Shown piece by piece: positions 28,891 through 35,707 of a stretch of DNA of 38,813 nucleotides (position 1 is its first letter; each line of letters begins with the position of its first letter). The translations under genes were made by a program, and so were the position numbers. The DNA lies in IMG/VR virus record IMGVR_UViG_3300046000_005732, positions 1 to 38,813 of that record; one strand, written 5' to 3'. This DNA is from a virus. Taxonomy: Duplodnaviria; Caudoviricetes. The notes under the pieces are model-generated. The model did not search any database, was not told the origin of the DNA, and saw nothing but the letters and a program-made list of their open reading frames with translations.

Positions 28891-29166
28891 TTAGTTATCC
28901 AAAATATGATCAGCAGGTTTAGCCCGCCGTAAATACGTTTCTTCATATCGGGTCTTTGAAGTAATTGGATCATAATATGTTTTTACTTTTTCATTAATTT
29001 CGTTTAGTAAAAAATGTAACAATTTTACTTGTATTCTTTTTGACATGGATTCTAAAACAATTTCTGCATCTATCCCTGTAGATATTTGTTTGATCGCAAT
29101 GCCATATTCAAAAAGACGAACTCTCTCCGACCAATTTTCATATGATTCGTCTTTTTGTTTTCTCAT
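28891..29166 (-). CDS. Stand-alone glutamyl-tRNA reductase (HemA) dimerisation-domain-like protein
   Basis: SERVRLFEYGIAIKQISTGIDAEIVLESMSKRIQVKLLH matches the HemA C-terminal pattern .E..R..EL..A.K.L..G.D...VLE.LS..L.NKL.H. Confidence 0.6.
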   Translation of the reverse strand: MRKQKDESYENWSERVRLFEYGIAIKQISTGIDAEIVLESMSKRIQVKLLHFLLNEINEKVKTYYDPITSKTRYEETYLRRAKPADHILDN

Positions 29167-29170
29167 AAAC

Positions 29171-29244
29171 TGGAGCGGGGTAGGAGAATCGAACTCCTTT
29201 GACTAGCTTGGAAGGCTAGGACACAACCAATATGACAACCCCGC
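29171..29244 (-). tRNA. trnG: tRNA-Gly(UCC)
   Basis: GCGGGGT acceptor stem, CTAGC-CTTCCAA-GCTAG, U73-CCA; slightly irregular D stem. Confidence 0.9.
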
Positions 29245-29249
29245 AAATC

Positions 29250-29402
29250 TTACTTATTATACTCGCCAGTATCTTTTTTATACTGTTCTAGTTTATCCGC
29301 ATATGCTTCTTCAGATAAATTATGCCAACCAATACAATACCCCGACGGGCTACGACCACATCCACACTTAGGTCCATCTTCTTTTAGTAAAGTCTTTTCC
29401 AT
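29250..29402 (-). CDS. 50 aa CDGSH-like (3Cys-1His) metal/Fe-S binding peptide
   Basis: Not in the ORF track; MEKTLLKEDGPKCGCGRSPSGYCIGWHNLSEEAY...; AAGGAG SD upstream. Confidence 0.7.
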   Translation of the reverse strand: MEKTLLKEDGPKCGCGRSPSGYCIGWHNLSEEAYADKLEQYKKDTGEYNK

Positions 29403-29404
29403 AG

Positions 29405-29635
29405 TTACTCCTTATTAGTCTTAGTTGGTTTGATGTCATCAAATGTAGGTTCTTTATGGACACGAACAGGGTACATTTTTGTGTCATTGAAATCTAAAAA
29501 TTTAAACCAATTCAAAGGTTTCCAGAATTTATGGATTATGTTATTTAGAAAAATAACCACAACACCAATGACTGCAATTCCTAAACCAAAAAGAATTGTT
29601 GCTCCCAAAAAAGTTCCTGCTTCTACTAATCCCAT
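29405..29635 (-). CDS. Small membrane protein
   Basis: One N-terminal hydrophobic helix; GGGAG SD. Confidence 0.7.
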   Translation of the reverse strand: MGLVEAGTFLGATILFGLGIAVIGVVVIFLNNIIHKFWKPLNWFKFLDFNDTKMYPVRVHKEPTFDDIKPTKTNKE

Positions 29636-29649
29636 ATTTATCTCCCAAA

Positions 29650-29723
29650 TGGTGCCCCCTAACAGAATCGAACTGCTAATTGATGATTACAAATCAACTG
29701 TTATACCATTTAACTAAGGGGGC
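29650..29723 (-). tRNA. trnT: tRNA-Thr(UGU)
   Basis: GCCCCCT acceptor stem, loop TTTGTAA, encoded CCA. Confidence 0.93.
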
Positions 29724-29728
29724 GTATA

Positions 29729-30199
29729 TTATACCGCCAGTACAGACTTTAATCTATCTGCTGCGTATGATGCAGCAAACGCATTAGGTTTTACCAACGG
29801 AATCACATTACACATACCTTTAATGTATCCTATTGCTTGTTGTATTACGATGTTGCTATTATGCTTTTCATTTGGATTAATATCTAAATGAATTTCTACG
29901 TGTCGGTCACAAATTACGTCAATGAGTTTTTGATACAATTCCGCTACCTTATATACTTCATTCATCAAACGAAGCGAAGGTTTGCTACTTTTAGCGTCGT
30001 AGTCTATTTCTGTTTGAACTTCACCAAAAATTTTACATCCATGGCACCCATCGATGTGTATTACTACTGCAATAGTGTAATCCGCATACCATTTACCGTT
30101 ACGCTTATATCTTTCAGAATCTGCTCCTAGATAGATTTTAGTCTCTTGCGATTGCGTATCAATAAATGCTTTAACTTCTTGGATATCTAATCGTTTCAT
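29729..30199 (-). CDS. RNase H-like YkuK (DUF458) family protein
   Basis: IYLGADS, RLMNEV, EIHLDIN, KP.AFAASYAAD motifs. Confidence 0.85.
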   Translation of the reverse strand: MKRLDIQEVKAFIDTQSQETKIYLGADSERYKRNGKWYADYTIAVVIHIDGCHGCKIFGEVQTEIDYDAKSSKPSLRLMNEVYKVAELYQKLIDVICDRHVEIHLDINPNEKHNSNIVIQQAIGYIKGMCNVIPLVKPNAFAASYAADRLKSVLAV

Positions 30200-30226
30200 C
30201 GTTATCTTCTAAAAGAGTCTAATATA

Positions 30227-30255
30227 ATTATAACACCTTTTTTGCTAGGCGTCAA
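30227..30255 (-). promoter_or_regulatory. sigma70-type promoter TTGACG-N17-TATAAT
   Basis: Consensus spacing upstream of the YkuK gene. Confidence 0.8.
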
Positions 30256-31165
30256 GCTCTTTTTTACGGTTATCTATAATATGATTGTACATAATATCCT
30301 CTACTTTGCGTATACGTTCATATTTATCTTTGGCTCCAAGTATTACGACAGAATACATTTGTCCGTGTCGTTCTACTGCCAAAGCCAAACAATACCCCGC
30401 ATGACTAGTAAATCCCGTTTTGCTAACAACAATTGTATTGAATTCAAAAAGAACAGGCCTATTTGTATTATTCAAAGTAATTGTTCTAATTTTTTTCTTA
30501 TAAATTGTTTCAATTTCAATCTGCTTCTTTGTACTAATCTCACGTATAATAGGATATGATGCAGCATTTGCAACCATTGTTCCTATATCTATAGCAGTTG
30601 CTTGATTTTTAGCACTTATACCTGAGGGGTCATCAAACGAACTACTTATCATACCAAACTCTAAAGCTTTTCTATTCATTTGTTCTATGAACATTTTTCT
30701 TCCGCCAGGATATGCATTAGCTAAAGTTTCTGCAGCAGAATTATCACTCTTAACTAACATAGCACTCAAAATCTCATATCTAGTAAAATTCTTTTTTCTC
30801 GGTAATGATCCGCCGACATTTGAATTAATTTGCATTACTTTAGTTAAATCTTTATCATTATCAAGCGATACCATTGCTGTCATTAATTTAGTAACACTTG
30901 CAAAAGGCCTAATTTTATTTCCATTCTTAATATACTCATGTGTCTTTGTAGTATCATTGAATACTAAAATACTCGTAGTATCTGTACGAATTATTCTTTT
31001 CTTTTTAATATGCTTGTGTGGTTTAGCGTATGCACTCGCACAACATAAAATTAAAGATGTGAATAAAACTATGGCGCCCCGCCACGGAATCGAACCGCGA
31101 CTAACAGTTTTGGAGACTGCTGTGCTGCCACTACACCAGCGAGACTTGGTTGTTGCAAATATCAT
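30245..31165 (-). CDS. Peptidase S11 D-alanyl-D-alanine endo/carboxypeptidase (PBP7/PbpG-like), secreted
   Basis: SxxK (ASVTKL), SxN (SDN) and KTG motifs; signal peptide IVLFTSLILCCASAYA; AGGAG SD before ATG 31165. Confidence 0.9.
   Translation of the reverse strand: MIFATTKSRWCSGSTAVSKTVSRGSIPWRGAIVLFTSLILCCASAYAKPHKHIKKKRIIRTDTTSILVFNDTTKTHEYIKNGNKIRPFASVTKLMTAMVSLDNDKDLTKVMQINSNVGGSLPRKKNFTRYEILSAMLVKSDNSAAETLANAYPGGRKMFIEQMNRKALEFGMISSSFDDPSGISAKNQATAIDIGTMVANAASYPIIREISTKKQIEIETIYKKKIRTITLNNTNRPVLFEFNTIVVSKTGFTSHAGYCLALAVERHGQMYSVVILGAKDKYERIRKVEDIMYNHIIDNRKKELDA
31072..31145 (-). tRNA. trnW: tRNA-Trp(CCA), nested within the peptidase CDS
   Basis: GTCTCGC/GCGGGGC acceptor stem, GCAGT-CTCCAAA-ACTGT, TTCGATT T loop, G73-CCA. 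Confidence 0.9.
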
Positions 31166-31175
31166 TCTAACTCCT

Positions 31176-31183
31176 AATAAATA
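31176..31183 (+). promoter_or_regulatory. Late promoter variant (AATAAATA), plus strand
   Basis: 17 nt upstream of the DnaJ-domain gene. Confidence 0.55.
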
Positions 31184-31200
31184 CTTAAAAAATATTTAAC

Positions 31201-31770
31201 ATGAATCCATATATAGAATTAGAAATATCAATTGATGCGTCTGAAGATGAGATAAAAATCAAATTTAGATCTTTAGCGCAAATTCATCATCCCGACAAAG
31301 GTGGGGACGAGGAAGTATTCAAACGCATAAAATTAGCATACGAAATTCTGATTGATCCTATTCGCAGAAAAGAATATGATCTATTAGGTGAAGCGGATTC
31401 AAATCAAAATATTAAACAATCGGCATTAGATCATATCGCACAAATGTTACATGCAATTGTTCCAAATTTTAATCCCGAAAACGATGATCTAATTACTATT
31501 ATGGTTGGCCAAATTAATCAAATTAAAGTTGATATGGCTAACAATATTATAGTATGTGAGCAATATATATTACAACTAGAAAAAGTTATACGTAGAATAA
31601 ATTCGAAAAATAAAAATCGCAATATACTGTTAGATGTTGTTCAACTTCAAATAAAACAACGTAAACAGGAATTTGAAGATTTCAATACACGTATTAAAAT
31701 TTGTAATCTTGAATTGGAAATACTTAAAGACTATTTTTATGGGCTTGAAGAATTAGTAGCAATCAATTAA
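31201..31770 (+). CDS. DnaJ (J-domain) protein with a coiled-coil C-terminus
   Basis: NPY.EL.I...AS..EIK..FR.LA..HHPDKGGD...F..I..AY..L.DP..RKEYD. Confidence 0.9.
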   Translation: MNPYIELEISIDASEDEIKIKFRSLAQIHHPDKGGDEEVFKRIKLAYEILIDPIRRKEYDLLGEADSNQNIKQSALDHIAQMLHAIVPNFNPENDDLITIMVGQINQIKVDMANNIIVCEQYILQLEKVIRRINSKNKNRNILLDVVQLQIKQRKQEFEDFNTRIKICNLELEILKDYFYGLEELVAIN

Positions 31771-31976
31771 GTTCTGCGTTTTTTAAAATCATAATTAGCA
31801 TTAACTTCGCTTACACCTAAAAGGCTAGTGCAGTCAGGGTTCTCACTTACCATGGTAACAAATTTACGCTGATACACGTTACGTAGATCTTGTGTAAACT
31901 TCAAAGCCTCTGTCATTTTTTCAAATTGTTTGCCATACGACGTGTTCTGATGATCAGTCCAATATACTTTAAACAT
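31767..31976 (-). CDS. Hypothetical protein (69 aa)
   Basis: GAAGG SD; fills the gap between the tRNA and DnaJ. Confidence 0.7.
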   Translation of the reverse strand: MFKVYWTDHQNTSYGKQFEKMTEALKFTQDLRNVYQRKFVTMVSENPDCTSLLGVSEVNANYDFKKRRT

Positions 31977-31992
31977 TAATTACCTTCTAATT

Positions 31993-32085
31993 TGGTACTC
32001 CGGGAAGGACTCGAACCTTCTCTAACCGCCTATCTAGCGAATCGAGGTTATAAATCTCGTCGTGCTACCATTACACTACCGGAGT
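31993..32085 (-). tRNA. Non-canonical tRNA with a UAU (Ile) anticodon and a long variable arm
   Basis: ACTCCGG/CCGGAGT-ACCA acceptor; GTGT/GCAC D stem; CGAG(A)-TTTATAA-(C)CTCG anticodon arm; ~22 nt extra arm; GAAGG-TTCGAGT-CCTTC T arm. Confidence 0.75.
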
Positions 32086-32091
32086 ATATTC

Positions 32092-32179
32092 TGGCGGAGA
32101 GTATAGGATTCGAACCTATGCATCCACTTCTGAACGACAGTTTAGCAAACTGCTGCCTTAACCGCTCGGCCAACTCTCC
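32092..32179 (-). tRNA. trnS: tRNA-Ser(GCU)
   Basis: GGAGAGT acceptor stem, loop TTGCTAA, long variable arm, G73-CCA. Confidence 0.95.
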
Positions 32180-32185
32180 TATACA

Positions 32186-32407
32186 CTATTCAACTTCTTT
32201 GTCTTTGATACTATCGTTATAATTCATTTGGCTCAAAATAACGGAATATACTAACCAAAAGTAAGATGCGATTATTCCTATAATGATTGTCCATGCTACA
32301 AATTGAGCAGACGCTTCTGCAAAAAATCCAACAAGCAATAAAAGTACAGATATAATGATTGCAAATACTACAGCAGTACGTTTAACAGCTTTAACCTTAT
32401 TACTCAT
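32186..32407 (-). CDS. Small protein with two transmembrane helices
   Basis: AGGAG SD; two hydrophobic segments. Confidence 0.75.
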   Translation of the reverse strand: MSNKVKAVKRTAVVFAIIISVLLLLVGFFAEASAQFVAWTIIIGIIASYFWLVYSVILSQMNYNDSIKDKEVE

Positions 32408-32428
32408 AATATCTCCTAATCAATAATT

Positions 32429-32503
32429 TGGTCCGGCGTGCAGGAATCGAACCCACATCGAGGGAGTAGAAATCCCCTGTACTATCCGTTGTACTAACGC
32501 CAG
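32429..32503 (-). tRNA. trnR: tRNA-Arg(UCU)
   Basis: CTGGCGT/ACGCCGG acceptor stem, GGGGA-TTTCTAC-TCCCT, encoded CCA. Confidence 0.92.
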
Positions 32504-32508
32504 GTGTT

Positions 32509-32592
32509 TGGTGCGGGAGGAGAGACTCGAACTCTCACGCCTTTCGGCACGGGCTTCTAAGACCCGCATGGCTACCATTACATCACTTCCGC
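32509..32592 (-). tRNA. trnL: tRNA-Leu(UAG)
   Basis: Loop CTTAGAA, variable arm GCC-GAAA-GGC, encoded CCA. Confidence 0.95.
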
Positions 32593-32601
32593 TTTAAATA
32601 T

Positions 32602-32630
32602 ATTTTAACATAAAATTACTTTTCTGTCAA
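32602..32630 (-). promoter_or_regulatory. sigma70-type promoter TTGACA-N17-TAAAAT
   Basis: Directly upstream of the tRNA cluster. Confidence 0.85.
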
Positions 32631-32648
32631 GCATTTTATAAGGAATTC

Positions 32649-32900
32649 TTAATCTTTTGAATTTACGCAATACCCGCCTTTGAATTGATATACATTAGAA
32701 TCGAATGTCATCTTTTCATAAATTTCACCATTGAAACATTTATACGGATCCTTAGAATTTGTTATGTAATAATAAATTCCGTAACCTATTACGCCCACAA
32801 CTGTCAAACCTAATAGTATCATTGGTAGCATCTTAAGCAACCTAACTACTATACCAAAGTTAGATAAAATAAGTGGTAATACTTTGAGTAGTTCTTTCAT
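32649..32900 (-). CDS. Small membrane protein with a C-terminal Cys pair
   Basis: Hydrophobic helix followed by a short C...C domain. Confidence 0.65.
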   Translation of the reverse strand: MKELLKVLPLILSNFGIVVRLLKMLPMILLGLTVVGVIGYGIYYYITNSKDPYKCFNGEIYEKMTFDSNVYQFKGGYCVNSKD

Positions 32901-32919
32901 TGCATTTTACATTCTTTGA

Positions 32920-33717
32920 CTATTTGCTACCAATTTTTCTTAACTTTTTGTTGACTTCAATAGTATGCCCTAACAGTTCCATATCAATGCCATTTGCTTT
33001 TGCAAAAGAATAAAGCGCACTAGTATCTTTAGGAAAACACATTCCGTCAAATCCTAAACCATCTTGTCCTGGAACTTTCATATGTGTAGATCCAATACGA
33101 GAGTCTAGCTTCATTAGTGAAGAAATGTTATTATAATCTATTTCAAGTTTACTACATAGCATAAACAATTCGTTCATGAAAACAATTTTAGTTGCGAGAA
33201 AAGTATTGATTCCATATTTCATCAATGCCGCTTCCTCAATTGTAACATGGGCAACACTAATTAAATTTCTTTGTCCAATACGAATAATACTTTCTGCCTT
33301 ATTCATATGTGTGCTATTAGATCCACCTATGACTGCAAATTTACCATACTGATAATCTTGTTTCGCATTTGCGGCAGTTAAAAATTCTGGGGCATGGATC
33401 AAATTCGGATACTGTTTGGATAATTTAGTATACACCGTGGGCGGTGCGGTGCATTTACTAATAATTGGACCGGAGCAATCCTTCAAATTATCTAATACTT
33501 CTTCCAAAATTGAAGTATTACACACTCCATCAAAACTCATAGGAGTAGGTACACATACAAAGATGCCATCGCATTCTTTAAGTTCAGCATATGTATGCGT
33601 AGATTTAGTTAGGTCTTTATCTACGATGCGAATTTCACAGGACATATTTTGTGCAATTGCCCCACCAACAAAACCTAGCCCAACGATACCGACTTTAGTT
33701 ATATTTTCATTTAGCAT
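32920..33717 (-). CDS. ugd: UDP-glucose/GDP-mannose dehydrogenase family protein (no C-terminal domain)
   Basis: GLGFVG Rossmann motif, FVCVPTP, KCT, PEFL, K...N.FLA.K, GFDGMCFPKD catalytic Cys. Confidence 0.88.
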   Translation of the reverse strand: MLNENITKVGIVGLGFVGGAIAQNMSCEIRIVDKDLTKSTHTYAELKECDGIFVCVPTPMSFDGVCNTSILEEVLDNLKDCSGPIISKCTAPPTVYTKLSKQYPNLIHAPEFLTAANAKQDYQYGKFAVIGGSNSTHMNKAESIIRIGQRNLISVAHVTIEEAALMKYGINTFLATKIVFMNELFMLCSKLEIDYNNISSLMKLDSRIGSTHMKVPGQDGLGFDGMCFPKDTSALYSFAKANGIDMELLGHTIEVNKKLRKIGSK

Positions 33718-33737
33718 AATTACTCCTTAAAAGACAT

Positions 33738-33759
33738 AACAGCGCCCGAAGGCGCCGTC
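33738..33759 (-). terminator. cUUCGg tetraloop hairpin (terminator or mRNA stabiliser)
   Basis: GACGGCGCC-TTCG-GGCGCTGTT followed by ATGTCTTTT. Confidence 0.65.
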
Positions 33760-33781
33760 ACTCACGTTCATTGTCTATTAT

Positions 33782-34168
33782 TTATGCCGCCAATTCTTTG
33801 ATCTCTGTAATTACAAGATCCTCTTCCTGCACTTTATGTGCAACAACTTTAATCGGCTTAGACTTTGCAGCAGGTTTTGCTACTACTTTTACTGGCTTAG
33901 TTTTTGCTTTAGCTTGTACAATCGGCGTACCATTTTTCTTACCCATTGTCTCTGTAATAAGATCAACATCGCTAGCAAACACTCCACCTAGATCAAGCAG
34001 ATACTGACAAGCTTCTGCCTTCGTCATAGCATTTGGCAACTGTACGAGCTCTAGAGGAGAATGACCGCCCTTCGCAAGCAGCTTAGTACGGGAAACAATA
34101 TCGTTCGCAAAACGAACTTTGGTAATACCATTTTGAGTAGAAACACCGGCAACTGTGAATTTAGACAT
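33782..34168 (-). CDS. Conserved hypothetical early protein with a K/P/A-rich tail
   Basis: FTVAGVS..NG..KVRFAND start; own promoter and GGAG SD. Confidence 0.75.
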   Translation of the reverse strand: MSKFTVAGVSTQNGITKVRFANDIVSRTKLLAKGGHSPLELVQLPNAMTKAEACQYLLDLGGVFASDVDLITETMGKKNGTPIVQAKAKTKPVKVVAKPAAKSKPIKVVAHKVQEEDLVITEIKELAA

Positions 34169-34221
34169 AATTTAAATCTCCATAATAAAATAATAACATC
34201 AAATTTTTACACCACAACATA

Positions 34222-34250
34222 ATTATATAGCCTTTCGGATAGAAAGTCAA
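34222..34250 (-). promoter_or_regulatory. sigma70-type promoter TTGACT-N17-TATAAT
   Basis: Consensus spacing. Confidence 0.85.
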
Positions 34251-34636
34251 GCATTTGATTCATCTTTTTGGATAAATTGCTTAACTTTGTCAGAATGGCT
34301 ACATTTTCTACGGAATTGATATCCCGTACAATTACAGGAAACTGTTCCGTTTTCCGACATGACCATATATGTCTTGCCAGTTGATTTGGATTTGACCTGA
34401 AATATTCGTTCACTTGTTCTAGCTTCTGAGAACGTATGCCCCACAATAAATTTTTTATGAATGACGGAGGTAGGGTGATTCGGATCACCTGTAAAAACAC
34501 AGACGTAGTCGGTATCTACCCATTTTGGGTTCGGCACCACCTTGCCCGTAAATGTTACAAATTTGTAATCCTCTCCAAGAAGCACCGACCGCATCTTAGT
34601 TTGAATTGCTACCGTCTGTCCTATTGTAAAATTCAT
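34247..34636 (-). CDS. SWIM zinc-finger protein
   Basis: Y.V......SCNCTGYQFRRKCSH (CxC-xn-CxH); GGAGG SD. Confidence 0.8.
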   Translation of the reverse strand: MNFTIGQTVAIQTKMRSVLLGEDYKFVTFTGKVVPNPKWVDTDYVCVFTGDPNHPTSVIHKKFIVGHTFSEARTSERIFQVKSKSTGKTYMVMSENGTVSCNCTGYQFRRKCSHSDKVKQFIQKDESNA

Positions 34637-34659
34637 ATCTGCTCCTCCACTATACCTCT

Positions 34660-34688
34660 ATTATAGCATATTTTGGACAAGAAGTCAA
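34660..34688 (-). promoter_or_regulatory. sigma70-type promoter TTGACT-N17-TATAAT with an extended -10 TG
   Basis: Consensus spacing; TGCTATAAT. Confidence 0.85.
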
Positions 34689-34705
34689 GCACTATTTTTA
34701 GCCAA

Positions 34706-34740
34706 AATAATACCCCAGAATGTTTCTCTAGGGTATTATT
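34706..34740 (-). terminator. Probable intrinsic terminator
   Basis: 10 bp inverted repeat AATAATACCC/GGGTATTATT downstream of the small ORF. Confidence 0.6.
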
Positions 34741-34749
34741 AACAGATTG

Positions 34750-34926
34750 CTATTTTTCTTCTTCGATTGTATCTTCTGTAGGTATGTCAATTACTCCATT
34801 TGTTTCAAAGTACTCAAGTGTTTCTAAAATTCCCTGTTGATATCCGTATGCTTTGCAACAATAGCAAGCTAACAACATCAACCCTATTTGTATGAGATCA
34901 TACAACGAAAAAATCATTTCTCCCAT
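34750..34926 (-). CDS. 58 aa membrane-anchored acidic protein
   Basis: Not in the ORF track; AGGAG SD; MGEMIFSLYDLIQIGLMLLACYCCKAYGYQQG...EEEK. Confidence 0.7.
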   Translation of the reverse strand: MGEMIFSLYDLIQIGLMLLACYCCKAYGYQQGILETLEYFETNGVIDIPTEDTIEEEK

Positions 34927-34951
34927 ATTTTACTCCTAGTTAACTACATTT

Positions 34952-35458
34952 TTAATCCCTATTTTCTAGATCATCATACACAAACCAATCTTCTTGGCGC
35001 TGTCTTAAATTTTTAAATTGATTATGTTCTGTTAAAAACTTAGCAACTAAACTTTCCTGTAGTCCATATGCTTCGAACTCCCAAGGTTGATCCCAATAGG
35101 ACACGTCATCCTCATATGTTTCGCCTCTCCAAACAGTAATGTATTTAGTTTTTCTTATCTTTTCCTTCATTTCACCTTTGGCCCATTGTTTAAGATGAAC
35201 CATTTCATGCGCAAGTGCGGTAAACATATGAATTTTTTTTCTTGTTCTATGAATCTCTACTAAAAATTTTCTAGGTATTGGCAAATCGTCGGCAATATTA
35301 CAATATGCGCCTGCAGATAACTTATCACATATATGTACTTCTAGTGTTATATGTTTTATCATTTGCGGGGTTAGTAATTTGTGTGCGAAGGATTTTGCTG
35401 CCATCCTTAGCATTTTTGTCAATTTTATATCTTTTGCCCCTAGTATAGTAAGATTCAT
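34952..35458 (-). CDS. Putative zinc metallopeptidase (HExxH)
   Basis: LAHEMVHLKQ and a downstream QPWEFEAY. Confidence 0.75.
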   Translation of the reverse strand: MNLTILGAKDIKLTKMLRMAAKSFAHKLLTPQMIKHITLEVHICDKLSAGAYCNIADDLPIPRKFLVEIHRTRKKIHMFTALAHEMVHLKQWAKGEMKEKIRKTKYITVWRGETYEDDVSYWDQPWEFEAYGLQESLVAKFLTEHNQFKNLRQRQEDWFVYDDLENRD

Positions 35459-35488
35459 ATTACACCTTTCGAATATGCTATCTTTTAT

Positions 35489-35707
35489 TTATTTAGTATT
35501 TTTAAGGATTTCCTGCCATATCATATCATTTTTAAATTTTTCTGATACCTTAGATTCTTGCGTATTCTCTACATAACTAATTTTTTTACCCATTGGTATA
35601 ATATCATTAATACTTATAGCAATTGGACTATCTAATTGTACTAATACTTCGGTTTCCGCATTTTGCAACCTAGTAGAAGACAACCTAGTATTTTTTAAAG
35701 ATTTCAT
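35489..35707 (-). CDS. Hypothetical protein (72 aa)
   Basis: ATGA overlap with the helicase stop. Confidence 0.55.
   Translation of the reverse strand: MKSLKNTRLSSTRLQNAETEVLVQLDSPIAISINDIIPMGKKISYVENTQESKVSEKFKNDMIWQEILKNTK

Noticed and set aside
32040-32062. Reading the unusual tRNA as an ochre (UUA) suppressor implying genetic-code reassignment
   Set aside because: Stem symmetry centres the loop on UAU, and genes end normally at TAA, TAG and TGA with tight packing
31992-32222. ORFs spanning tRNA genes (also 28533..28847 and 29430..29717)
   Set aside because: Antisense translations of tRNA genes
34207-34500. 97 aa minus-strand ORF overlapping the SWIM gene
   Set aside because: An alternative frame running across a promoter; the SWIM ORF has the SD and the motif
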